A stretch of DNA of 36,880 bases from a virus (IMGVR_UViG_3300025150_000115:1-36880), one strand, 5' to 3'; shown: positions 18,042 through 25,654, counted from the stretch's first letter. Numbers and translations are program-made. The notes: a model not told the origin generated them from the letters alone.

Positions 18042-18727
18042 ATAGCCGCACGTATTTGTGCATGATTTTTATTCAACGCCAATAATCTTTTGACATAAGG
18101 TAAAAGCATACTTTCCCCGTAACAATAGCCTGGATCCAATATGACATCCGGTTTATTAAAGTACATGTAATTATTCATGTGCGATTCATCATGCCAGACG
18201 GCTATAATATTGTTGACTAGATCCGTATCAATATTCATGTCTATAATATTGCACATTTGTAGAAAATTATCACGTTTGCCACCGTTAAAACCACCAGCAA
18301 AATATGTATTTGGAGTTCCTATTGGTAAATACGCTAACGATTCCGGACGACGTTCGGGTGTTCCACACGATCCACAGAATCCTGGATGTATTGTGGACAC
18401 AAGATTTCCAATTGCTTCGTCGCCCACGTCGTCCACAAATAGCATGTCAATATCACAGTAATACAAATAATCCATATTAAACAACAACTGTTTATTCGCA
18501 TTGAATGTTTTGTATCTGTATAGAGTTGGCAGGGGCCAAGGCTTGTGCTCATGCGGTATGAGCACAATGTCATCTGCGTGCGTGAATTTATCAGAATCAG
18601 TGAAAAGAAAAAAAGTCACGTTATGATTATTCATAAAATATTTTCGCGCAGATATTATTAATTGATCTATGAAAACATGATAATTACCTGTTGATATTAA
18701 CAGCAGACCTATGTTATTCTTATGCAT
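18038..18727 (-). CDS. Glycosyltransferase family 6 (ABO-type alpha-1,3-GalNAc/Gal transferase)
   Basis: STGNY, FLFTD, WP..TL.RY, CDID, HPGF, PERRPES.AY, YFAGGFNGG, WHDESHMN and KNH motifs. Confidence 0.92.
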   Translation of the reverse strand: MHKNNIGLLLISTGNYHVFIDQLIISARKYFMNNHNVTFFLFTDSDKFTHADDIVLIPHEHKPWPLPTLYRYKTFNANKQLLFNMDYLYYCDIDMLFVDDVGDEAIGNLVSTIHPGFCGSCGTPERRPESLAYLPIGTPNTYFAGGFNGGKRDNFLQMCNIIDMNIDTDLVNNIIAVWHDESHMNNYMYFNKPDVILDPGYCYGESMLLPYVKRLLALNKNHAQIRAAI

Positions 18728-18772
18728 TGAAATTGGTATTATAATTTATAAACTTTGTATTGTTTGTATTGA

Positions 18773-19714
18773 TTAGATGTACAAAAGTTTCAATATTTGT
18801 GAAACCATATTGTGCCAAGTATAACTGGCGTGTGCGTGCGTGCAGCCAGATGCAGCTATAGCTTCCCGCCCGGAGTCGTCTGCCAGATATTGGTCTATCA
18901 ATTTTATCAAATCATCTGTGCTGTTCCACACTCGCAGGTGCGTACCGTCCGTAAAATCTTTTTCTATCTCTGGATACCAATGACTAAGACACATCGTGCC
19001 GCTACCAAGGATCCTTAACATCCTATCGGACGTGTACCTCTTGGCAACAAAGTGAGACAAATTTATCGCTAGCTTGGCAGAACGGTAACATGCCGCTTCC
19101 TTACGCTCACGATGCATGAAGCTCTGCAACGGATTCTGTCCAGGCCAGCCGAAGCCGTAAACACCAAAGCGAGTCCCGTATATGTCCTTTAGGGTGTTGA
19201 CCAGGTCTATTCTGTAATCACTAAGCGGGAATTTCTCGTCGTCCGGATAGTTGTTTGCCATGAAAACTATTTCAGGCGACTCGGACACAGTGTCCGAGTC
19301 ATCGTCCGACTTATAAATTTCATGGTCGAACCCACTCTGCAAGAACACTGATTTGTTGCCGGTCATAAGGACGCGATATACGTCATTTTCATTAGTGAAT
19401 GCGGATATACAATATGGTGCAAGATCCATCACCCACTCGGGTGTATTTCCTCGAAAATCCCACGTCCAGTTTATAATTAAGCCCGGTAAAGTTTTTATGA
19501 ATTCTGGTGTGATTACACCAGGTGATTGGATCTGCATGAAAATAATATCAGGTGAAAAATCGTCGCTAGTCTTAGTAATATATTTATGAAGATTCTCTAT
19601 ATTATTGGGAATAGCTGTCCAGTCCGTCCAGTCTATAAATCGGTAATCTACAGTATCTCGGAATGCTTTACCTAATGCTGGATTCGAAAAACCTATATGT
19701 AGAACTTTTGTCAA
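18773..19714 (-). CDS. CgeB-like glycosyltransferase (GT-B)
   Basis: WTWD, IVFMANNY, YRSAKLAINLSH, SDRMLRILGSG, REAIAASG and YTW motifs. Confidence 0.82.
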   Translation of the reverse strand: MTKVLHIGFSNPALGKAFRDTVDYRFIDWTDWTAIPNNIENLHKYITKTSDDFSPDIIFMQIQSPGVITPEFIKTLPGLIINWTWDFRGNTPEWVMDLAPYCISAFTNENDVYRVLMTGNKSVFLQSGFDHEIYKSDDDSDTVSESPEIVFMANNYPDDEKFPLSDYRIDLVNTLKDIYGTRFGVYGFGWPGQNPLQSFMHRERKEAACYRSAKLAINLSHFVAKRYTSDRMLRILGSGTMCLSHWYPEIEKDFTDGTHLRVWNSTDDLIKLIDQYLADDSGREAIAASGCTHAHASYTWHNMVSQILKLLYI

Positions 19715-20085
19715 TTTTTTTTAAATTGTTCAACATATTTCCATGTAGCTTTAATCGTATGACAAATTGGATTTCCATCTTTATCACAAGCGCCGTATGC
19801 TTTTGCTGCATCCGCATCCGGTATTACTGTACCATTCATGTCATAAACATTTAATTTGGACCAGTCTTTCTTACCAAACTCATTTTCGTATATGAACCAA
19901 TTGATCCAGTCGATACCCTCTTCCGTATAGTATGCACTTAATATAGTCTGAAATAAAAAGTCCATATCTGGTTCTAACTTATACTTACCATCAGTAAAGT
20001 CAAACCCGATTGCATATAACTCATTGAAATTATTATATAGTTGTTGGTACGTTTTTATTAATTTTAAAAAATCGGCATATTTCAT
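19711..20085 (-). CDS. Hypothetical protein
   Basis: 124 aa with GIDWINWFIYENEFG; its stop overlaps the next start. Confidence 0.7.
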   Translation of the reverse strand: MKYADFLKLIKTYQQLYNNFNELYAIGFDFTDGKYKLEPDMDFLFQTILSAYYTEEGIDWINWFIYENEFGKKDWSKLNVYDMNGTVIPDADAAKAYGACDKDGNPICHTIKATWKYVEQFKKN

Positions 20086-20096
20086 TTTATCCAGTT

Positions 20097-20408
20097 TTAT
20101 AACCTAAACTTATTTTCAGTAGCAAAATTTTGAATACATATTTTTAAATTTTCTATACAATTTTCAAAATCCACATGTTCTATCTCATCAAATCTTATTG
20201 CGTCCTTCTCCTCATTTTGTACTTGCGCAATACTTATATAAATATCCCTGATTAATTCAGAGAGCTTATCTTCAAAAGTGAACTGTTTTTCTTGAGTATT
20301 AGCGAAAATTTGACCTTCTAGTTCTGTACAATATTCGATTAGTTCACGTACAGCCGGTTCATCTAATAACTCTTTATTATTTTTAAATATTTGATTTATT
20401 GATTTCAT
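20097..20408 (-). CDS. Hypothetical protein
   Basis: 103 aa, coupled via ATGA. Confidence 0.65.
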   Translation of the reverse strand: MKSINQIFKNNKELLDEPAVRELIEYCTELEGQIFANTQEKQFTFEDKLSELIRDIYISIAQVQNEEKDAIRFDEIEHVDFENCIENLKICIQNFATENKFRL

Positions 20409-20764
20409 TTGGTGAAGCTCTTAAAATCCTTTATATTTTTCTTCTTCTTTTTCTTCTTGCCGCCCATCGGAACGTCACCAGAACCTTCTTGATCTCGGTT
20501 GGCATACTGTGGTGCGCTCATTCCAGGTGTAGCGTCTAGCGTCGCCATTGCTGCGCCCTCACCATCCTCGTTCACCTTGTCGTTCTCGATGAAAATGCAT
20601 GCTTCGTTATTATCCTCGTCCACCGATAGTGATATGATCGGTGCATCCAGTCTGTACGTATAATCCTCGGTGAGTGTGCCATCACGAGATACAACTACGT
20701 CTAAGCTCTCTTGCAGTTCTTGCGGTAAGCTTTCAATCCATGTCTTTAGTTCAGTTAGTTTCAT
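20405..20764 (-). CDS. Hypothetical protein with C-terminal ATL..TPGM..GSGD / IKDFKSF module
   Basis: 119 aa with a low-complexity tail ending KKNIKDFKSFTK. Confidence 0.65.
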   Translation of the reverse strand: MKLTELKTWIESLPQELQESLDVVVSRDGTLTEDYTYRLDAPIISLSVDEDNNEACIFIENDKVNEDGEGAAMATLDATPGMSAPQYANRDQEGSGDVPMGGKKKKKKKNIKDFKSFTK

Positions 20765-20779
20765 AATTTTATGTTTTAT

Positions 20780-21700
20780 TTACTGGTATTCTTCGTAATT
20801 TATATCAACGTTATCTGGATTTCCTGGATTGTGCCAGGAAAATTTCTCCAAAAATGCGTAAGATGTTCTAATGAGCTTATTTTTTAATTTTATGTTTTTT
20901 CTTTTAATATTTTTAATATATGCAATGAATTCTTTCTCACAATCTACCAAATCTATTTTATCATTTTGCAAGAATATGCTATTAAAATCTCTGATAACCC
21001 CAACGTAGTCTACGTCCGTCCTTAATTTTTTCAATAAAATATCTATATCGACATTAGATAAAAAATCGGCATCCATATAATATTTCGAATTTTTTATATA
21101 ATCGACTACATCACTAGGGTTATTTCGCTTTATCTCTTGGTGTAATGCAGAAACTCGAGCGCGCATTTCATGTGGTAGAGATAGATAAATAAAATACGAA
21201 ATTTTTTGCCATTCCTTACAGTTATCGTATCTATTCTGCAACATGTCCAATCTTTTTCCGTAATCAAACGACTTTGACGTAGCATTTTCATTCTGTCTGG
21301 TGAGGTATGTTTCTACTACATGTAAGAACTCGTGATTTATCGTATCGATAATTGGATTCTTCTTACTCATCTGTTTGGACCGTATTTCTTCATCAGATAG
21401 CACCAATTCAAGATTCATGATCAGACCTGTTATCGAATCACTATCAACGATAAAATTTGGGTCCATGTTACCATATTTAAGATGCCCGATCTTTACTGTT
21501 ATTTCGTCATCATAAAAACGAATGTCCTTGAAATTCGTCATCGAATTTTTTAAATTAACTTTACCGCTTAATATAAGCTTGCCTATATTTTCATTAATAA
21601 CATCTACAAGATAATTTGTTAGTTTATCCGCCATAGAATTTGAACCGAATGATTCAAATATGAACTGATCAAACGGCTTTAAATTAAAAAGTTTCATCAT
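20780..21700 (-). CDS. Putative zincin metallopeptidase-like protein
   Basis: HEFLH (HExxH) with a downstream E in 'PHEMRARV'; N-terminal LKPFDQFIFE motif. Confidence 0.55.
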   Translation of the reverse strand: MMKLFNLKPFDQFIFESFGSNSMADKLTNYLVDVINENIGKLILSGKVNLKNSMTNFKDIRFYDDEITVKIGHLKYGNMDPNFIVDSDSITGLIMNLELVLSDEEIRSKQMSKKNPIIDTINHEFLHVVETYLTRQNENATSKSFDYGKRLDMLQNRYDNCKEWQKISYFIYLSLPHEMRARVSALHQEIKRNNPSDVVDYIKNSKYYMDADFLSNVDIDILLKKLRTDVDYVGVIRDFNSIFLQNDKIDLVDCEKEFIAYIKNIKRKNIKLKNKLIRTSYAFLEKFSWHNPGNPDNVDINYEEYQ

Positions 21701-21986
21701 CTTCTATAAATTTTCCTATTATCGTATTCATATCTGGTAATTTGATCTCTGGCGATATTAGTAATATTGTTGTTCTAAGCAAATCGATATATTGATAGCT
21801 AACATTCAAATTTCTACCAAGATATTCAGTATACGATATTGATTTATTTAATTGATCAGCTAAGTATTCAGTAAATTCGATATTACCGCGCACAAATATT
21901 TTAAGATCTTCTATGGTTTTTACGTCAGCTAAATAATTATTGTCACTCAATAATTTAATCAATTCTTCTTTGTTTTCTAATTTCAT
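21684..21986 (-). CDS. Hypothetical protein with 11-residue (F/Y)TEYL repeats
   Basis: NIEFTEYLADQL / SISYTEYLGRNL / SYQYID repeats with an 11-aa period. Confidence 0.6.
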   Translation of the reverse strand: MKLENKEELIKLLSDNNYLADVKTIEDLKIFVRGNIEFTEYLADQLNKSISYTEYLGRNLNVSYQYIDLLRTTILLISPEIKLPDMNTIIGKFIEDDETF

Positions 21987-22001
21987 GATATGTTATTTAT
22001 G

Positions 22002-22139
22002 TTATTGAAGATGGAGTACATGTTTATTATTTTTTATAATTTAATATGATCAGACCATCTTCTTTTAAAAGATATAGTACCTCCAACATAAATTTTTATT
22101 TATTAAATTTCGTATTTGATAAATACCCATATTAATCAT
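22002..22139 (-). pseudogene. GIY-YIG homing endonuclease relic
   Basis: MINMGIYQIRNLINK, frameshift, IYVGGTISFKRRWSDHIKL, frameshift, KNNKHVLHLQ*. The ATG overlaps the upstream stop. Confidence 0.8.
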
Positions 22140-22906
22140 ATAATATTAAAATAATTTTGTACTTCTTTAACATTATAAAATTTATCTTCCATACCTGGCA
22201 TTAATGCTTTCATTCCGAATTTCCAATTTTCATGATATAAAACTAAATAATCTATCTTATTTTTAAAATTTATACTCGCAGAAGAATTCATAAGTTTTGA
22301 TCGATAATTTAAGCGTACAGTTGACATGTGGTGCATCTCTATCTCAGATCGTTCAAATATACGTATCCTATTGGATACAAGTCTTCTAGTTGGATCTGCT
22401 GGTATATTCCATCTGTTACGTAAATCGAACGTTCTGTCATCCATTTTATATATAATTGGAACGTAGTATTTTTCAGGAGGATCAAGAACGAATGATGGAG
22501 ATTTCCAGTATGTCTGCATATTGCACGCAGACGCGTCCCATTCTCCAGTAGACATCTGATCCTTTACATATTGTAACTGTGTAGTTACGTAAAATTCATC
22601 GACGTCCATCGACATGTGTAGATCACATCCTGCATTTGCGCATAAGGACTTGCCTAAATTCCGCTTCGCCAGTTCGTTCATGTGTCCGCTATGGCTTGTC
22701 GGTTCATAACAATAAAACATATCGACTTTGCCAGACAGTTTTAGTTTATCTAGGTATAGGCGGTCAACATCAGACATTGCCTCCCCGAAATTGGACATTT
22801 CCTGATATACGACACATACAAAATCCACTACTGTCCTAATACTATTGATAGATGGACCTAATAGATCAAGAGCATCAAACGCATTATAGTGACAACCTAG
22901 TTTCAT
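22136..22906 (-). CDS. Putative glycosyltransferase (GT2-like / GT-A)
   Basis: SINSIRTVVDFVCVVY, ELAKRNLG and MSMDVDEFY (DXD) motifs. Confidence 0.65.
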   Translation of the reverse strand: MKLGCHYNAFDALDLLGPSINSIRTVVDFVCVVYQEMSNFGEAMSDVDRLYLDKLKLSGKVDMFYCYEPTSHSGHMNELAKRNLGKSLCANAGCDLHMSMDVDEFYVTTQLQYVKDQMSTGEWDASACNMQTYWKSPSFVLDPPEKYYVPIIYKMDDRTFDLRNRWNIPADPTRRLVSNRIRIFERSEIEMHHMSTVRLNYRSKLMNSSASINFKNKIDYLVLYHENWKFGMKALMPGMEDKFYNVKEVQNYFNII

Positions 22907-23058
22907 ATAATTAATAGTTTTTGTTCAATAATTTTAACTACTATAATTGATAGCTTTTTCTTTAACGCTTTCTTCTTCTTACGTGGCAAGTTCGCAAGAT
23001 CTGCTGCTTCAGGAACAATGCTGATAATACAAGAGGTTGGTATGGTTATTTTCGTCAT
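22903..23058 (-). CDS. Small basic protein (51 aa)
   Basis: Not in the ORF track. MTKITIPTSCIISIVPEAADLANLPRKKKKALKKKLSIIVVKIIEQKLLII*, with ATGA overlaps at both ends that exactly fill the gap. Confidence 0.7.
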   Translation of the reverse strand: MTKITIPTSCIISIVPEAADLANLPRKKKKALKKKLSIIVVKIIEQKLLII

Positions 23059-23735
23059 AATTTATCGGATATTGATTTATAAAAATTGAACGATTCTTTA
23101 TCTATATGATCGCTAAGCCATGTCATGTCGTGGTCCTGATTTTTCCTGTATTCTATCCACTTATCGTTGTGCCCTATGCCGCCGAAGAACTGTCCCTCGC
23201 CGTAACCCTTTATTCCTATAGCAGGCGGGTTGTTCTCGAACGTCACCGTTTTACCTGGGAACTGTCGCCAAATATCTATGTCAACGAACGAATAATCGTC
23301 GGCCGGCCATATCATATTAAGGTGCGCTCTTGTCATGAATGTAGTAAATGCAGAAGCTCTAGTTGGGTGTACCTGATGATGGAACGCTTTTATGCCAAGG
23401 TGATAGTAGTATGTCTCACCTAGTCCAAACGTACATGGTTTACCAGCATCTATCCATGCCTGACGCATGCCTTCCAAATATAGCGGGCTGTACCAATCGT
23501 CATCTTCTACCAATGCGACAAGATCGCATTCCGGATACTGTTCGAAAATGCGGGTGAGTCCTGTTCGGTACCGGAACGTAATGTCCTTCTTCGTTGGATC
23601 TACTGGCTCGTCATCCACGATCACCATCCCGTGTAATGGCCTTGTCTGACCGTTCATCATCCTGCGCATATTAGCAAGCTGATTCGGCCTATCACCTCGT
23701 GTAGGTACGAGTGCAACTATCTTAACGTCTTCCAT
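23055..23735 (-). CDS. Glycosyltransferase family 2
   Basis: VALVPTRGDR, QT, VIVDD and VEDDDWYSP motifs. Confidence 0.8.
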   Translation of the reverse strand: MEDVKIVALVPTRGDRPNQLANMRRMMNGQTRPLHGMVIVDDEPVDPTKKDITFRYRTGLTRIFEQYPECDLVALVEDDDWYSPLYLEGMRQAWIDAGKPCTFGLGETYYYHLGIKAFHHQVHPTRASAFTTFMTRAHLNMIWPADDYSFVDIDIWRQFPGKTVTFENNPPAIGIKGYGEGQFFGGIGHNDKWIEYRKNQDHDMTWLSDHIDKESFNFYKSISDKL

Positions 23736-23739
23736 GTAA

Positions 23740-23769
23740 ATAATACGTCAGATCGGAAGATAAGTTTCT
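23740..23769 (-). promoter_or_regulatory. ECF-like promoter AGAAAC-N16-CGTATTAT
   Basis: Occupies almost the whole 34-bp gap upstream of the ATG at 23735. Confidence 0.55.
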
Positions 23770-24867
23770 TTATTTTTGCTTGTCTTGCTTTATCTGCTTA
23801 AGCGGTGCGCCAAAGCTTTTCTCGATGTCATACTTAGCGGAAGAAGATTGATCTGGTGTACCCCAGTCCATCACTCGTCCAGGCGTCGATGAGAATGAAA
23901 ACTTTATGTCGTCTTTGTTACGAGTCTGTAGTTCCTTCTGTAGTTCCTTGATCCTGTTCATCGTATGCTCTTCCGGCTTTCTGCCATAGAAATCCTCAAA
24001 TATTGCTAGGTAGATCCTAACGACCTGGTCATTGTTTAGTCCAGGACAAGTGTTCGACTCTATCAACCACAACTTACCGGCGTCATCGATGCCTATATCA
24101 ATACCTAGTACATCCAGTTTTAACAGTTCGTGCGTCTTGTCACATATTGCTTTGAACTTCTTCATCTCAGGTAGTCCGTCCTTGCCGAACTCCTTCTCCT
24201 TCCAAACGTATTCGCTGCGCTCACCAAGCGTGCCGTCCCGCATGAACACGTCTTTGCCCTCTCTTAACGACTTTGCTTTCTTGTTGACCGGTATTCTCTC
24301 GGCTATGTATAAAAGGTTACCCTTCATTGATATTACACGAAATTCTCGCTTGAGGTCGAACTTTACCGAATATGTATCTAACTGTTCTCCGTCGTATGCT
24401 TCTAGTTCTTCCTTGTCCTTGAACACGGTTATTCCCTGTCCCTTGCTGCCGTTCTTAGGTTTAGCTATTAGTGGGAATTTCAGTTTCTTTGCGTCCTCTG
24501 GCGTGAACACGGTTTTAGGCACGAATGGACAGCCTTCCATCTTCTTGTGAAACTTCACCTTGTCGTTGGCGTTCTCCAAGTTACCAGGTAGATTGTATAT
24601 GTTCTTTCTCTTGAATACACCGCTCTTTATTAGCGCATGTATCTCGTCATTGTTGCCATAATTATATACGGGGTATGAACTAATAATTGTATCCTCAAAA
24701 ATACCTGGTGGCATGATAAAGGTAAATAACATAGATGCGACAGACTTTACTATATGATCGACATGACTAAAAGAAAATTTATCACTTGTAGCAATTAAAT
24801 TAATTTTATAAAGATCAGACAAATTAGTGAATGCTTTAAAATCTTTAAAATTTTTTATTTTTTTCAT
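23770..24867 (-). CDS. ATP-grasp ligase, RimK-like
   Basis: NANDK, VPKT, FPLIAKPKNGSKGQGI, EFRV, GIDI and IESNTCPG motifs; N-terminal MKKIKNFKDF. Confidence 0.85.
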   Translation of the reverse strand: MKKIKNFKDFKAFTNLSDLYKINLIATSDKFSFSHVDHIVKSVASMLFTFIMPPGIFEDTIISSYPVYNYGNNDEIHALIKSGVFKRKNIYNLPGNLENANDKVKFHKKMEGCPFVPKTVFTPEDAKKLKFPLIAKPKNGSKGQGITVFKDKEELEAYDGEQLDTYSVKFDLKREFRVISMKGNLLYIAERIPVNKKAKSLREGKDVFMRDGTLGERSEYVWKEKEFGKDGLPEMKKFKAICDKTHELLKLDVLGIDIGIDDAGKLWLIESNTCPGLNNDQVVRIYLAIFEDFYGRKPEEHTMNRIKELQKELQTRNKDDIKFSFSSTPGRVMDWGTPDQSSSAKYDIEKSFGAPLKQIKQDKQK

Positions 24868-24881
24868 CTATCTATTATATT

Positions 24882-25008
24882 TTAATTTAGTATATCCATT
24901 ATTTTCCATGTGCTTTTTTTATTACCTATACCAACATAATATATAGTACCATCTAATCTTTGGTGTATCTAATCTTTGGTGTGTATATACACAACTATTA
25001 TTCTTCAT
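24882..25008 (-). pseudogene. GIY-YIG-type homing endonuclease relic broken by a 16-bp duplication
   Basis: Removing one copy of the 16-bp repeat gives MKNNSCVYTHQRLDGTIYYVGIGNKK..., a VY.H.R.D...YVG.G N-terminus; truncated after that. Confidence 0.7.
24951..24982. repeat. 16-bp tandem duplication
   Basis: atctaatctttggtgt twice in tandem. Confidence 0.95.
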
Positions 25009-25029
25009 ATTCTATATATCATATAAAAT

Positions 25030-25063
25030 AAAAAAGGACCGCTTATTAAGCGGTCCTTTTTTT
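25030..25063. terminator. Rho-independent terminator (bidirectional form)
   Basis: aaaaaa-ggaccgctt-att-aagcggtcc-ttttttt: a perfect stem with A/T tracts, just downstream of 25081-25401. Confidence 0.9.
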
Positions 25064-25080
25064 ATGAAAAGTGATGTTTG

Positions 25081-25401
25081 TTAGACCTGTGGCTCTCCTG
25101 TCATTTGAATTTCATCTTGTTCTGGCATTACTTCATCTTGTGAAGATTCAGTCATTGCGCCTTCATCTTGTGGAGATTCAGTCATTGCGCCTTCATCTTG
25201 CGGAGATTCAGCCAATTTTTCTCCTTCTGGTTGGTTTGTGAATACTCTCACAGCTTTAGAGATTAATTCAGCGTCAGTAAGACTGTATATGCCTTTACTC
25301 TGAGCAAATTGTACGCCCTGCACTAAAATAGCAAGTGCTTGTTGTGGCGTTAGGTTCTCAGGAACCTGTTGTGTTTGTGTTTGTGCTTGTTGATTTTCCA
25401 T
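25081..25401 (-). CDS. Small acidic protein with 10-aa C-terminal repeats
   Basis: Start at MENQQ (25401); helical core LTPQQALAILVQGVQFAQSKGIYSLTDAELI; about three ESPQDEGAMT repeats. Confidence 0.8.
   Translation of the reverse strand: MENQQAQTQTQQVPENLTPQQALAILVQGVQFAQSKGIYSLTDAELISKAVRVFTNQPEGEKLAESPQDEGAMTESPQDEGAMTESSQDEVMPEQDEIQMTGEPQV
25131..25211. repeat. 30-bp coding tandem repeat (about 2.7 copies)
   Basis: Units of cttcatcttgtg(a/g)agattcagtcattgcgc. Confidence 0.9.
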
Positions 25402-25435
25402 GGAATTTTGAATTAAATTATTTTTTTTTAAAAAC

Positions 25436-25464
25436 ATAATACGCATCTATTTAATAAAGTTTCA
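25436..25464 (-). promoter_or_regulatory. ECF-like promoter TGAAAC-N15-CGTATTAT
   Basis: Upstream of the 25401 start. Confidence 0.5.
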
Positions 25465-25651
25465 ATATCATATCTAAAAATTCTGAATAATCTTTATCAA
25501 GAATTACTATATAACGTATATTATGTGCTTCTACTGCCTTTCTCTTTGCATCTATAACTTCTATACCACCTTGTCTATTAAGTACATAAGATGACTTAAT
25601 TTCAATCTCGTGACCGTTAAAACTGTAAAAATTATGGAATAATAACTACAT
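25451..25651 (-). pseudogene. C-terminal relic of a PD-(D/E)xK-type (TnsA-like) endonuclease
   Basis: ATG-TAG followed by the open frame LLFHNFYSFNGHEIEIKSSYVL...AKRKAVEAHNIRYIVILDKDYSEF..*. The EIK motif is present and the upstream PD motif is missing. Confidence 0.55.
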
Positions 25652-25654
25652 TTT

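Noticed and set aside
9397-19714. Bacterial O-antigen or capsule operon
   Set aside because: No flippase, polymerase, chain-length regulator or initiating transferase is present; the genes are interleaved with phage hypothetical genes and linked to baseplate genes.
25131-25211. CRISPR-like 30-bp repeats
   Set aside because: In-frame coding tandem repeats without unique spacers.
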